Shown here one piece after another: positions 12,881 through 27,979 of a DNA stretch of 64,000 bases. Origin of the DNA: Eledone cirrhosa. Its lineage: Eukaryota. Where the stretch lies: assembly GCA_964016885.1 (NCBI GenBank), contig OZ024741.1:408766001-408830000 (forward strand), in the 5' to 3' direction. The notes under the pieces were generated by a model that had not been told where the DNA came from, ran no database searches, and worked only from the letters and a program-made list of their open reading frames with translations. Both the position numbers and the translations under genes were made by a program. Position 1 is the stretch's first letter, and each line of letters begins with the position of its first letter.

Positions 12881-15800
12881 AAGACTGTACCTATTTTAAA
12901 AGGAAGCCTGTGTACCTATTTTAAAAGGAAGATTGTACCTATTTTAAAAGGAAGATGTGAACCTATTGTAAAACGGAGACTGTACCTATTTTAAAAGGAA
13001 GATTGTACCTATTTTAAAAGGAAACTGTGTACCTATTTTAAAAGGGAGACTGTGTACCTATTTTAAAAGGAAGACTGTACCTATTTTAAAAGGGAGACTG
13101 TGTACCTATTTTAAAAGGGAGATTATTACCTATTTTAAAAGGAAGACTGTACCTATTTTAAAAAAAAGACTGTGTACCTATTTTAAAAGGGAGATTATTA
13201 CCTATTTTAAAAGGAAGGCTGTACCTATTTTAAAAGGAAGACTGTGTACCTATTTTAAAAGGGAGATTATTACCTATTTTAAAAGGAAGACTGTACCTAT
13301 TTTAAAAGGGAGACTGTGTACCTATTTTAAAAGGGAGATTATTACCTATTTTAAAAGGAAGACTGTACCTATTTTAAAAGGAAGACTGTGTACCTATTTT
13401 AAAAGGAAGATTGTACCTATTTTAAAAAGAAGACTGTGTACCTATTTTAAAAGGGAGACTGTACCTATTTTAAAAGGAAGATGTGAACCTATTTTAAAAC
13501 GGAGACTGTACCTATTTTAAAAGGGAGACTGTACCTATTTTAAAAGGAAGACTGTGTACCTATTTTAAAAGGAAGACCGTGTACCTATTTTAAAAGGGAG
13601 ACTGTACCTATTTTAAAAGGAAGACTGTACCTATTTTAAAAGGAAGACTGTGTACCTATTTTAAAAGGGAGACTGTACCTATTTTAAAAAGAACACTGTA
13701 CCTATTTTAAAAGGAAGATTGTGTACCTAATTTAAATGGAAGACTGTGTACCTATTTTAAAAGGAAGACTGTACCTATTTTAAAAGGAAGACTGTGTACC
13801 TATTTTAAAAGGGAGATTATTACCTATTTTAAAAGGAAGACTGTACCTATTTTAAAAGGAAGACTGTGTACCTATTTTAAAAGGAAGATTGTACCTATTT
13901 TAAAAGGAAGCCTGTGTACCTATTTTAAAAGGAAGATTGTACCTATTTTAAAAGGAAGATGTGAACCTATTTTAAAACGGAGACTGTACCTATTTTAAAA
14001 GGGAGACTGTACCTATTTTAAAAGGAAGACTGTGTATCTATTTTAAAAGGGAGACTGTGTACTTATTTTAAAAGGAAGACTGTGTACCTATTTTAAGAGG
14101 AAAACTGTACCTATTTTAAAAGGGAGACTGTGTACCTATTTCAAAAGGAAGACTGTACCTATTTTAAAAGGGAAACTGTGTACCTATTTTAAAAGGGAGA
14201 CTGTGTACCTATTTTAAAAGGAAGACTGTACCTATTTTAAAAGGAAGACTGTGTACCTATTTTAAAAGGAAGATTGTACCTATTTTAAAAGGAAGACTGT
14301 ACCTATTTTAAAAGGAAGACTGTGTACCTATTTTAAAAGGAAGAATGTACCTATTTTAAAAGGAAGACTGTACCTATTTTAAAAGGAAGACTGTACCTAT
14401 TTTAAAAAGAAGACTGTGTACCTATTTTAAAAGGGAGACTGTACCTATTTTAAAAGGAAGATGTGAACCTATTTTAAAACGGAGACTGTACCTATTTTAA
14501 AAGGGAGACTGTACCTATTTTAAAAGGAAGACTGTGTACCTATTTAAAAATGAAGACCGTGTACCTATTTTAAAAGGGAGACTGTACCTATTTTAAAAGG
14601 AAGACTGTACCTATTTTAAAAGGAAGACTGTACCTATTTTAAAAGGAAGACTGTACCTATTTTAAAAAGAAGACTGTGTACCTATTTTAAAACGGAGACT
14701 GTACCTATTTTAATAGGGAGACTGTACCTATTTTAAAAGGAAGACTGTGTATCTATTTTAAAAGGGAGACTGTGTACTTATTTTAAAAGGAAGACTGCGT
14801 ACCTATTTTAAGAGGAAAACTGTACCTATTTTAAAAGGGAGACTGTGTACCTATTTCAAAAGGAAGACTGTACCTATTTTAAAAGGGAAACTGTGTACCT
14901 ATTTTAAAAGGGAGACTGTGTACCTATTTTAAAAGGAAGACTGTACCTATTTTAAAAGGGAGACAGTGTACCTATTTTAAAAGGGAGACTGTGTACCTAT
15001 TTTAAAAGGGAGATTATTACCTATTTTAAAAGGAAGACTGTACCTATTTTAAAAGGAAGCCTGTGTACCTATTTTAAAAGGAAGATTGTACCTATTTTAA
15101 AAGGAAGATGTGAACCTATTTTAAAACGGAGACTGTACCTATTTTAAAAGGGAGACTGTACCTATTTTAAAAGGAAGACTGTGTATCTATTTTAAAAGGG
15201 AGACTGTGTACTTATTTTAAAAGGAAGACTGCGTACCTATTTTAAGAGGAAAACTGTACCTATTTTAAAAGGGAGACTGTGTACCTATTTCAAAAGGAAG
15301 ACTGTACCTATTTTAAAAGGGAAACTGTGTACCTATTTTAAAAGGGAGACTGTGTACCTATTTTAAAAGGAAGACTGTACCTATTTTAAAAGGGAGACTG
15401 TGTACCTATTTTAAAAGGGAGATTATTACCTATTTTAAAAGGAAGACTGTACCTATTTTAAAAGGAAGACTGTGTACCTATTTTAAAAGGGAGATTATTA
15501 CCTATTTTAAAAGGAAGGCTGTACCTATTTTAAAAGGAAGACTGTGTACCTATTTTAAAAGGGAGATTACTACCTATTTTAAAAGGAAGACTGTACCTAT
15601 TTTAAAAGGGAGACTGTGTACCTATTTTAAAAGGGAGATTATTACCTATTTTAAAAGGAAGACTGTACCTATTTTAAAAGGAAGACTGTGTACCTATTTT
15701 AAAAGGAAGACTGTACCTATTTTAAAAGGAAGACTGTTACCTATTTTAAAAGGAAGACTGTACCTATTTTAAAAGGGAGACTGTGTACCTATTTTAAAAG

Positions 15801-18800
15801 GAAGAATGTACCTATTTTAAAAGGAAGACTGTACCTATTTTAAAAGGAAGACTGTACCTATTTTAAAAAGAAGACTGTGTACCTATTTTAAAAGGGAGAC
15901 TGTACCTATTTTAAAAGGAAGATGTGAACCTATTTTAAAACGGAGACTGTACCTATTTTAAAAGGGAGACTGTACCTATTTTAAAAGGAAGACTGTGTAC
16001 CTATTTTAAAAGGAAGACCGTGTACCTATTTTAAAAGGGAGACTGTACCTATTTTAAAAGGAAGACTGTACCTATTTTAAAAGGAAGACTGTGTACCTAT
16101 TTTAAAAGGGAGACTGTACCTATTTTAAAAAGAACACTGTACCTATTTTAAAAGGAAGATTGTGTACCTATTTTAAATGGAAGACTGTGTACCTATTTTA
16201 AAAGGAAGACTGTACCTATTTTAAAAGGAAGACTGTGTACCTATTTTAAAAGGAAGATTGTACCTATTTTAAAAGGAAGATGTGAACCTATTTTAAAACG
16301 GAGACTGTACCTATTTTAATAGGGAGACTGTACCTATTTTAAAAGGAAGACTGTGTATCTATTTTAAAAGGGAGACTGTGTACTTATTTTAAAAGGAAGA
16401 CTGCGTACCTATTTTAAGAGGAAAACTGTACCTATTTTAAAAGGGAGACTGTGTACCTATTTCAAAAGGAAGACTGTACCTATTTTAAAAGGGAAACTGT
16501 GTACCTATTTTAAAAGGGAGACTGTTTACCTATTTTAAAAGGAAGACTGTACCTATTTTAAAAGGGAGACTGTGTACCTATTTTAAAAGGGAGACTGTGT
16601 ACCTATTTTAAAAGGGAGATTATTACCTATTTTAAAAGGAAGACTGTACCTATTTTAAAAGGAAGCCTGTGTACCTATTTTAAAAGGAAGATTGTACCTA
16701 TTTTAAAAGGAAGATGTGAACCTATTGTAAAACGGAGACTGTACCTATTTTAAAAGGAAGATTGTACCTATTTTAAAAGGAAACTGTGTACCTATTTTAA
16801 AAGGGAGACTGTGTACCTATTTTAAAAGGAAGACTGTACCTATTTTAAAAGGGAGACTGTGTACCTATTTTAAAAGGGAGATTATTACCTATTTTAAAAG
16901 GAAGACTGTACCTATTTTAAAAAAAAGACTGTGTACCTATTTTAAAAGGGAGATTATTACCTATTTTAAAAGGAAGGCTGTACCTATTTTAAAAGGAAGA
17001 CTGTGTACCTATTTTAAAAGGGAGATTATTACCTATTTTAAAAGGAAGACTGTACCTATTTTAAAAGGGAGACTGTGTACCTATTTTAAAAGGGAGATTA
17101 TTACCTATTTTAAAAGGAAGACTGTACCTATTTTAAAAGGAAGACTGTGTACCTATTTTAAAAGGAAGATTGTACCTATTTTAAAAAGAAGACTGTGTAC
17201 CTATTTTAAAAGGGAGACTGTACCTATTTTAAAAGGAAGATGTGAACCTATTTTAAAACGGAGACTGTACCTATTTTAAAAGGGAGACTGTACCTATTTT
17301 AAAAGGAAGACTGTGTACCTATTTTAAAAGGAAGACCGTGTACCTATTTTAAAAGGGAGACTGTACCTATTTTAAAAGGAAGACTGTACCTATTTTAAAA
17401 GGAAGACTGTGTACCTATTTTAAAAGGGAGACTGTACCTATTTTAAAAAGAACACTGTACCTATTTTAAAAGGAAGATTGTGTACCTAATTTAAATGGAA
17501 GACTGTGTACCTATTTTAAAAGGAAGACTGTACCTATTTTAAAAGGAAGACTGTGTACCTATTTTAAAAGGGAGATTATTACCTATTTTAAAAGGAAGAC
17601 TGTACCTATTTTAAAAGGAAGACTGTGTACCTATTTTAAAAGGAAGATTGTACCTATTTTAAAAGGAAGCCTGTGTACCTATTTTAAAAGGAAGATTGTA
17701 CCTATTTTAAAAGGAAGATGTGAACCTATTTTAAAACGGAGACTGTACCTATTTTAAAAGGGAGACTGTACCTATTTTAAAAGGAAGACTGTGTATCTAT
17801 TTTAAAAGGGAGACTGTGTACTTATTTTAAAAGGAAGACTGTGTACCTATTTTAAGAGGAAAACTGTACCTATTTTAAAAGGGAGACTGTGTACCTATTT
17901 CAAAAGGAAGACTGTACCTATTTTAAAAGGGAAACTGTGTACCTATTTTAAAAGGGAGACTGTGTACCTATTTTAAAAGGAAGACTGTACCTATTTTAAA
18001 AGGAAGACTGTGTACCTATTTTAAAAGGAAGATTGTACCTATTTTAAAAGGAAGACTGTACCTATTTTAAAAGGAAGACTGTGTACCTATTTTAAAAGGA
18101 AGACTGTACCTAATTTAAAAGGGAGACTGTGTACCTATTTTAAAAGGAAGAATGTACCTATTTTAAAAGGAAGACTGTACCTATTTTAAAAGGAAGACTG
18201 TACCTATTTTAAAAAGAAGACTGTGTACCTATTTTAAAAGGGAGACTGTACCTATTTTAAAAGGAAGATGTGAACCTATTTTAAAACGGAGACTGTACCT
18301 ATTTTAAAAGGGAGACTGTACCTATTTTAAAAGGAAGACTGTGTACCTATTTAAAAATGAAGACCGTGTACCTATTTTAAAAGGGAGACTGTACCTATTT
18401 TAAAAGGAAGACTGTACCTATTTTAAAAGGAAGACTGTACCTATTTTAAAAGGAAGACTGTACCTATTTTAAAAAGAAGACTGTGTACCTATTTTAAAAC
18501 GGAGACTGTACCTATTTTAATAGGGAGACTGTACCTATTTTAAAAGGAAGACTGTGTATCTATTTTAAAAGGGAGACTGTGTACTTATTTTAAAAGGAAG
18601 ACTGCGTACCTATTTTAAGAGGAAAACTGTACCTATTTTAAAAGGGAGACTGTGTACCTATTTCAAAAGGAAGACTGTACCTATTTTAAAAGGGAAACTG
18701 TGTACCTATTTTAAAAGGGAGACTGTGTACCTATTTTAAAAGGAAGACTGTACCTATTTTAAAAGGGAGACAGTGTACCTATTTTAAAAGGGAGACTGTG

Positions 18801-20940
18801 TACCTATTTTAAAAGGGAGATTATTACCTATTTTAAAAGGAAGACTGTACCTATTTTAAAAGGAAGCCTGTGTACCTATTTTAAAAGGAAGATTGTACCT
18901 ATTTTAAAAGGAAGATGTGAACCTATTTTAAAACGGAGACTGTACCTATTTTAAAAGGGAGACTGTACCTATTTTAAAAGGAAGACTGTGTATCTATTTT
19001 AAAAGGGAGACTGTGTACTTATTTTAAAAGGAAGACTGCGTACCTATTTTAAGAGGAAAACTGTACCTATTTTAAAAGGGAGACTGTGTACCTATTTCAA
19101 AAGGAAGACTGTACCTATTTTAAAAGGGAAACTGTGTACCTATTTTAAAAGGGAGACTGTGTACCTATTTTAAAAGGAAGACTGTACCTATTTTAAAAGG
19201 GAGACTGTGTACCTATTTTAAAAGGGAGATTATTACCTATTTTAAAAGGAAGACTGTACCTATTTTAAAAGGAAGACTGTGTACCTATTTTAAAAGGGAG
19301 ATTATTACCTATTTTAAAAGGAAGGCTGTACCTATTTTAAAAGGAAGACTGTGTACCTATTTTAAAAGGGAGATTACTACCTATTTTAAAAGGAAGACTG
19401 TACCTATTTTAAAAGGGAGACTGTGTACCTATTTTAAAAGGGAGATTATTACCTATTTTAAAAGGAAGACTGTACCTATTTTAAAAGGAAGACTGTGTAC
19501 CTATTTTAAAAGGAAGATTGTACCTATTTTAAAAGGAAGACTGTACCTATTTTAAAAGGAAGACTGTTACCTATTTTAAAAGGAAGACTGTACCTATTTT
19601 AAAAGGGAGACTGTGTACCTATTTTAAAAGGAAGAATGTACCTATTTTAAAAGGAAGACTGTACCTATTTTAAAAGGAAGACTGTACCTATTTTAAAAAG
19701 AAGACTGTGTACCTATTTTAAAAGGGAGACTGTACCTATTTTAAAAGGAAGATGTGAACCTATTTTAAAACGGAGACTGTACCTATTTTAAAAGGGAGAC
19801 TGTACCTATTTTAAAAGGAAGACTGTGTACCTATTTTAAAAGGAAGACCGTGTACCTATTTTAAAAGGGAGACTGTACCTATTTTAAAAGGAAGACTGTA
19901 CCTATTTTAAAAGGAAGACTGTGTACCTATTTTAAAAGGGAGACTGTACCTATTTTAAAAAGAACACTGTACCTATTTTAAAAGGAAGATTGTGTACCTA
20001 TTTTAAATGGAAGACTGTGTACCTATTTTAAAAGGAAGACTGTACCTATTTTAAAAGGAAGACTGTGTACCTATTTTAAAAGGAAGATTGTACCTATTTT
20101 AAAAGGAAGATGTGAACCTATTTTAAAACGGAGACTGTACCTATTTTAATAGGGAGACTGTACCTATTTTAAAAGGAAGACTGTGTATCTATTTTAAAAG
20201 GGAGACTGTGTACTTATTTTAAAAGGAAGACTGCGTACCTATTTTAAGAGGAAAACTGTACCTATTTTAAAAGGGAGACTGTGTACCTATTTCAAAAGGA
20301 AGACTGTACCTATTTTAAAAGGGAAACTGTGTACCTATTTTAAAAGGGAGACTGTGTACCTATTTTAAAAGGAAGACTGTACCTATTTTAAAAGGGAGAC
20401 TGTGTACCTATTTTAAAAGGGAGACTGTGTACCTATTTTAAAAGGGAGATTATTACCTATTTTAAAAGGAAGACTGTACCTATTTTAAAAGGAAGCCTGT
20501 GTACCTATTTTAAAAGGAAGATTGTACCTATTTTAAAAGGAAGATGTGAACCTATTGTAAAACGGAGACTGTACCTATTTTAAAAGGAAGATTGTACCTA
20601 TTTTAAAAGGAAACTGTGTACCTATTTTAAAAGGGAGACTGTGTACCTATTTTAAAAGGAAGACTGTACCTATTTTAAAAGGGAGACTGTGTACCTATTT
20701 TAAAAGGGAGATTATTACCTATTTTAAAAGGAAGACTGTACCTATTTTAAAAAAAAGACTGTGTACCTATTTTAAAAGGGAGATTATTACCTATTTTAAA
20801 AGGAAGGCTGTACCTATTTTAAAAGGAAGACTGTGTACCTATTTTAAAAGGGAGATTATTACCTATTTTAAAAGGAAGACTGTACCTATTTTAAAAGGGA
20901 GACTGTGTACCTATTTTAAAAGGGAGATTATTACCTATTT
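12480..20940. repeat. Tandem higher-order repeat, period 3.76-3.83 kb (~2.2 copies)
   Basis: CCTATTGT at 12962, 16721 and 20551 (offsets 3759, 3830); GATTACTACC at 15565/19372 (3807); GACTGTTACC at 15732/19562 (3830). Offsets step by 48 and 23 bp. Confidence 0.85.
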
Positions 20941-23900
20941 TAAAAGGAAGACTGTACCTATTTTAAAAGGGAGACTGTGTACCTATTTTAAAAGGGAGAT
21001 TATTACCTATTTTAAAAGGAAGACTGTACCTATTTTAAAAGGAAGACTGTGTATCTATTTTAAAAGGGAGACTGTGTACTTATTTTAAAAGGAAGACTGT
21101 GTACCTATTTTAAGAGGAAAACTGTACCTATTTTAAAAGGGAGACTGTGTACCTATTTCAAAAGGAAGACTGTACCTATTTTAAAAGGGAAACTGTGTAC
21201 CTATTTTAAAAGGGAGACTGTGTACCTATTTTAAAAGGAAGACTGTACCTATTTTAAAAGGAAGACTGTGTACCTATTTTAAAAGGAAGACTGTACCTAT
21301 TTTAAAAGGAAGACTGTACCTATTTTAAAAAGAAGACTGTGTACCTATTTTAAAAGGGAGACTGTACCTATTTTAAAAGGAAGATGTGAACCTATTTTAA
21401 AACGGAGACTGTACCTATTTTAAAAGGGAGACTGTACCTATTTTAAAAGGAAGACTGTGTACCTATTTAAAAATGAAGACCGTGTACCTATTTTAAAAGG
21501 GAGACTGTACCTATTTTAAAAGGAAGACTGTACCTATTTTAAAAGGAAGACTGTGTACCTATTTTAAAAGGGAGACTGTACCTATTTTAAAAAGAACACT
21601 GTACCTATTTTAAAAGGAAGATTGTGTACCTATTTTAAATGGAAGACTGTGTACCTATTTTAAAAGGAAGACTGTACCTATTTTAAAAGGAAGACTGTGT
21701 ACCTATTTTAAAAGGGAGATTATTACCTATTTTAAAAGGAAGACTGTACCTTTTTTAAAAGGAAGACTGTGTACCTATTTTAAAAGGAAGATTGTACCTA
21801 TTTTAAAAGGAAGACTGTACCTATTTTAAAAGGGAGACTGTGTACCTATTTTAAATGGAAGAATGTACCTATTTTAAAAGGAAGACTGTACCTATTTTAA
21901 AAGGAAGACTGTACCTATTTTGAAAAGAAGACTGTGTACCTATTTTAAAAGGGAGACTGTACCTATTTAAAAAGGAACATTGTACCTATTTTAAAAGGAA
22001 GACTGTGTATCTATTTTAAAAGGAAGACTGTACCTATTTTAAAAGGGAGACTGTACCTATTTTAAAAGGAAGACTGTACCTATTTTAAAAGGAAGATTGT
22101 GTACCTATTTTAAAAGGAAGACTGTGTACCTATTTTAAAAGGAAGACTGTACCTATTTTAAAAGGAAGACTGTGTACCTATTTTAAAAGGGAGATTATTA
22201 CCTATTTTAAAAGGAAGACTGTACCTATTTTAAAAGGAAGACTGTGTACCTATTTTAAAAGGAAGATTGTACCTATTTTAAAAGGAAGCCTGTGTACCTA
22301 TTTTAAAAGGAAGATTGTACCTATTTTAAAAGGAAGATGTGAACCTATTTTAAAACGGAGACTGTACCTATTTTAAAAGGGAGACTGTACCTATTTTAAA
22401 AGGAAGACTGTGTATCTATTTTAAAAGGGAGACTGTGTACTTATTTTAAAAGGAAGACTGTGTACCTATTTTAAGAGGAAAACTGTACCTATTTTAAAAG
22501 GGAGACTGTGTACCTATTTCAAAAGGAAGACTGTACCTATTTTAAAAGGGAAACTGTGTACCTATTTTAAAAGGGAGACTGTGTACCTATTTTAAAAGGA
22601 AGACTGTACCTATTTTAAAAGGAAGACTGTGTACCTATTTTAAAAGGAAGATTGTACCTATTTTAAAAGGAAGACTGTACCTATTTTAAAAGGAAGACTG
22701 TGTACCTATTTTAAAAGGAAGACTGTACCTAATTTAAAAGGGAGACTGTGTACCTATTTTAAAAGGAAGAATGTACCTATTTTAAAAGGAAGACTGTACC
22801 TATTTTAAAAGGAAGACTGTACCTATTTTAAAAAGAAGACTGTGTACCTATTTTAAAAGGGAGACTGTACCTATTTTAAAAGGAAGATGTGAACCTATTT
22901 TAAAACGGAGACTGTACCTATTTTAAAAGGGAGACTGTACCTATTTTAAAAGGAAGACTGTGTACCTATTTAAAAATGAAGACCGTGTACCTATTTTAAA
23001 AGGGAGACTGTACCTATTTTAAAAGGAAGACTGTACCTATTTTAAAAGGAAGACTGTACCTATTTTAAAAGGAAGACTGTACCTATTTTAAAAAGAAGAC
23101 TGTGTACCTATTTTAAAACGGAGACTGTACCTATTTTAATAGGGAGACTGTACCTATTTTAAAAGGAAGACTGTGTATCTATTTTAAAAGGGAGACTGTG
23201 TACTTATTTTAAAAGGAAGACTGCGTACCTATTTTAAGAGGAAAACTGTACCTATTTTAAAAGGGAGACTGTGTACCTATTTCAAAAGGAAGACTGTACC
23301 TATTTTAAAAGGGAAACTGTGTACCTATTTTAAAAGGGAGACTGTGTACCTATTTTAAAAGGAAGACTGTACCTATTTTAAAAGGGAGACAGTGTACCTA
23401 TTTTAAAAGGGAGACTGTGTACCTATTTTAAAAGGGAGATTATTACCTATTTTAAAAGGAAGACTGTACCTATTTTAAAAGGAAGCCTGTGTACCTATTT
23501 TAAAAGGAAGATTGTACCTATTTTAAAAGGAAGATGTGAACCTATTTTAAAACGGAGACTGTACCTATTTAAAAAGGGAGACTGTACCTATTTTAAAAGG
23601 AAGACTGTGTATCTATTTTAAAAGGGAGACTGTGTACTTATTTTAAAAGGAAGACTGCGTACCTATTTTAAGAGGAAAACTGTACCTATTTTAAAAGGGA
23701 GACTGTGTACCTATTTCAAAAGGAAGACTGTACCTATTTTAAAAGGGAAACTGTGTACCTATTTTAAAAGGGAGACTGTGTACCTATTTTAAAAGGAAGA
23801 CTGTACCTATTTTAAAAGGGAGACTGTGTACCTATTTTAAAAGGGAGATTATTACCTATTTTAAAAGGAAGACTGTACCTATTTTAAAAGGAAGACTGTG

Positions 23901-26900
23901 TACCTATTTTAAAAGGGAGATTATTACCTATTTTAAAAGGAAGGCTGTACCTATTTTAAAAGGAAGACTGTGTACCTATTTTAAAAGGGAGATTACTACC
24001 TATTTTAAAAGGAAGACTGTACCTATTTTAAAAGGGAGACTGTGTACCTATTTTAAAAGGGAGATTATTACCTATTTTAAAAGGAAGACTGTACCTATTT
24101 TAAAAGGAAGACTGTGTACCTATTTTAAAAGGAAGATTGTACCTATTTTAAAAGGAAGACTGTACCTATTTTAAAAGGAAGACTGTTACCTATTTTAAAA
24201 GGAAGACTGTACCTATTTTAAAAGGGAGACTGTGTACCTATTTTAAAAGGAAGAATGTACCTATTTTAAAAGGAAGACTGTACCTATTTTAAAAGGAAGA
24301 CTGTACCTATTTTAAAAAGAAGACTGTGTACCTATTTTAAAAGGGAGACTGTACCTATTTTAAAAGGAAGATGTGAACCTATTTTAAAACGGAGACTGTA
24401 CCTATTTTAAAAGGGAGACTGTACCTATTTTAAAAGGAAGACTGTGTACCTATTTTAAAAGGAAGACCGTGTACCTATTTTAAAAGGGAGACTGTACCTA
24501 TTTTAAAAGGAAGACTGTACCTATTTTAAAAGGAAGACTGTGTACCTATTTTAAAAGGGAGACTGTACCTATTTTAAAAAGAACACTGTACCTATTTTAA
24601 AAGGAAGATTGTGTACCTATTTTAAATGGAAGACTGTGTACCTATTTTAAAAGGAAGACTGTACCTATTTTAAAAGGAAGACTGTGTACCTATTTTAAAA
24701 GGAAGATTGTACCTATTTTAAAAGGAAGATGTGAACCTATTTTAAAACGGAGACTGTACCTATTTTAATAGGGAGACTGTACCTATTTTAAAAGGAAGAC
24801 TGTGTATCTATTTTAAAAGGGAGACTGTGTACTTATTTTAAAAGGAAGACTGCGTACCTATTTTAAGAGGAAAACTGTACCTATTTTAAAAGGGAGACTG
24901 TGTACCTATTTCAAAAGGAAGACTGTACCTATTTTAAAAGGGAAACTGTGTACCTATTTTAAAAGGGAGACTGTGTACCTATTTTAAAAGGAAGACTGTA
25001 CCTATTTTAAAAGGGAGACTGTGTACCTATTTTAAAAGGGAGACTGTGTACCTATTTTAAAAGGGAGATTATTACCTATTTTAAAAGGAAGACTGTACCT
25101 ATTTTAAAAGGAAGCCTGTGTACCTATTTTAAAAGGAAGATTGTACCTATTTTAAAAGGAAGATGTGAACCTATTGTAAAACGGAGACTGTACCTATTTT
25201 AAAAGGAAGATTGTACCTATTTTAAAAGGAAACTGTGTACCTATTTTAAAAGGGAGACTGTGTACCTATTTTAAAAGGAAGACTGTACCTATTTTAAAAG
25301 GGAGACTGTGTACCTATTTTAAAAGGGAGATTATTACCTATTTTAAAAGGAAGACTGTACCTATTTTAAAAAAAAGACTGTGTACCTATTTTAAAAGGGA
25401 GATTATTACCTATTTTAAAAGGAAGGCTGTACCTATTTTAAAAGGAAGACTGTGTACCTATTTTAAAAGGGAGATTATTACCTATTTTAAAAGGAAGACT
25501 GTACCTATTTTAAAAGGGAGACTGTGTACCTATTTTAAAAGGGAGATTATTACCTATTTTAAAAGGAAGACTGTACCTATTTTAAAAGGGAGACTGTGTA
25601 CCTATTTTAAAAGGGAGATTATTACCTATTTTAAAAGGAAGACTGTACCTATTTTAAAAGGAAGACTGTGTATCTATTTTAAAAGGGAGACTGTGTACTT
25701 ATTTTAAAAGGAAGACTGTGTACCTATTTTAAGAGGAAAACTGTACCTATTTTAAAAGGGAGACTGTGTACCTATTTCAAAAGGAAGACTGTACCTATTT
25801 TAAAAGGGAAACTGTGTACCTATTTTAAAAGGGAGACTGTGTACCTATTTTAAAAGGAAGACTGTACCTATTTTAAAAGGAAGACTGTGTACCTATTTTA
25901 AAAGGAAGATTGTACCTATTTTAAAAGGAAGACTGTACCTATTTTAAAAGGAAGACTGTGTACCTATTTTAAAAGGAAGACTGTACCTAATTTAAAAGGG
26001 AGACTGTGTACCTATTTTAAAAGGAAGAATGTACCTATTTTAAAAGGAAGACTGTACCTATTTTAAAAGGAAGACTGTACCTATTTTAAAAAGAAGACTG
26101 TGTACCTATTTTAAAAGGGAGACTGTACCTATTTTAAAAGGAAGATGTGAACCTATTTTAAAACGGAGACTGTACCTATTTTAAAAGGGAGACTGTACCT
26201 ATTTTAAAAGGAAGACTGTGTACCTATTTAAAAATGAAGACCGTGTACCTATTTTAAAAGGGAGACTGTACCTATTTTAAAAGGAAGACTGTACCTATTT
26301 TAAAAGGAAGACTGTGTACCTATTTTAAAAGGGAGACTGTACCTATTTTAAAAAGAACACTGTACCTATTTTAAAAGGAAGATTGTGTACCTATTTTAAA
26401 TGGAAGACTGTGTACCTATTTTAAAAGGAAGACTGTACCTATTTTAAAAGGAAGACTGTGTACCTATTTTAAAAGGGAGATTATTACCTATTTTAAAAGG
26501 AAGACTGTACCTTTTTTAAAAGGAAGACTGTGTACCTATTTTAAAAGGAAGATTGTACCTATTTTAAAAGGAAGACTGTACCTATTTTAAAAGGGAGACT
26601 GTGTACCTATTTTAAATGGAAGAATGTACCTATTTTAAAAGGAAGACTGTACCTATTTTAAAAGGAAGACTGTACCTATTTTGAAAAGAAGACTGTGTAC
26701 CTATTTTAAAAGGGAGACTGTACCTATTTAAAAAGGAACATTGTACCTATTTTAAAAGGAAGACTGTGTATCTATTTTAAAAGGAAGACTGTACCTATTT
26801 TAAAAGGGAGACTGTACCTATTTTAAAAGGAAGACTGTACCTATTTTAAAAGGAAGATTGTGTACCTATTTTAAAAGGAAGACTGTGTACCTATTTTAAA

Positions 26901-27030
26901 AGGAAGACTGTACCTATTTTAAAAGGAAGACTGTGTACCTATTTTAAAAGGGAGATTATTACCTATTTTAAAAGGAAGACTGTACCTATTTTAAAAGGAA
27001 GACTGTGTACCTATTTTAAAAGGAAGATTG
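17500..27030. repeat. Tandem higher-order duplication, period 4.62-4.76 kb
   Basis: Offset 4619 for GCCTG 17669/22288, GATTACTACC 19372/23991, GACTGTTACC 19562/24181 and CCTATTGT 20551/25170. Offset 4761 for CCTTTTTT 21749/26510. Confidence 0.85.
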
Positions 27031-27979
27031 TACCTATTTTAAAAGGACGACTGTACCTATTTTAAAAGGAAGACTGTTATACCTATTTTAAAAGGAAGAC
27101 TGTACCTATTTTAAAAGGAAGACTGTACCTATTTTAAAAAGAAGACTGTGTACCTATTTTAAAAGGGAGACTGTACCTATTTAAAAAGGAACATTGTACC
27201 TATTTTAAAAGGAAGACTGTGTACCTATTTTAAAAGGAAGACTGTACCTATTTTAAAAGGGAGACTGTACCTATTTTAAAAGGAAGAGTGTGTACCTATT
27301 TTAAAAGGAAGACTGTACCTATTTTAAAAGGAAGCCTGTGTACCTATTTTAAAAAGAAGATTGTACCTATTTTAAAAGGAAGATGTGAACCTATTTTAAA
27401 ACGGAGACTGTACCTATTTTAATAGGGAGACTGTACCTATTTTAAAAGGAAGACTGTGTATCTATTTTAAAAGGGAGACTGTGTACTTATTTTAAAAGGA
27501 AGACTGCGTACCTATTTTAAGAGGAAAACTGTACCTATTTTAAAAGGGAGACTGTGTACCTATTTCAAAAGGAAGACTGTACCTATTTTAAAAGGGAAAC
27601 TGTGTACCTATTTTAAAAGGGAGACTGTGTACCTATTTTAAAAGGAAGACTGTACCTATTTTAAAAGGGAGACAGTGTACCTATTTTAAAAGGGAGACTG
27701 TGTACCTATTTTAAAAGGGAGATTATTACCTATTTTAAAAGGAAGACTGTACCTATTTTAAAAGGAAGCCTGTGTACCTATTTTAAAAGGAAGATTGTAC
27801 CTATTTTAAAAGGAAGATGTGAACCTATTTTAAAACGGAGACTGTACCTATTTTAAAAGGGAGACTGTACCTATTTTAAAAGGAAGACTGTGTATCTATT
27901 TTAAAAGGGAGACTGTGTACTTATTTTAAAAGGAAGACTGCGTACCTATTTTAAGAGGAAAACTGTACCTATTTTAAAA

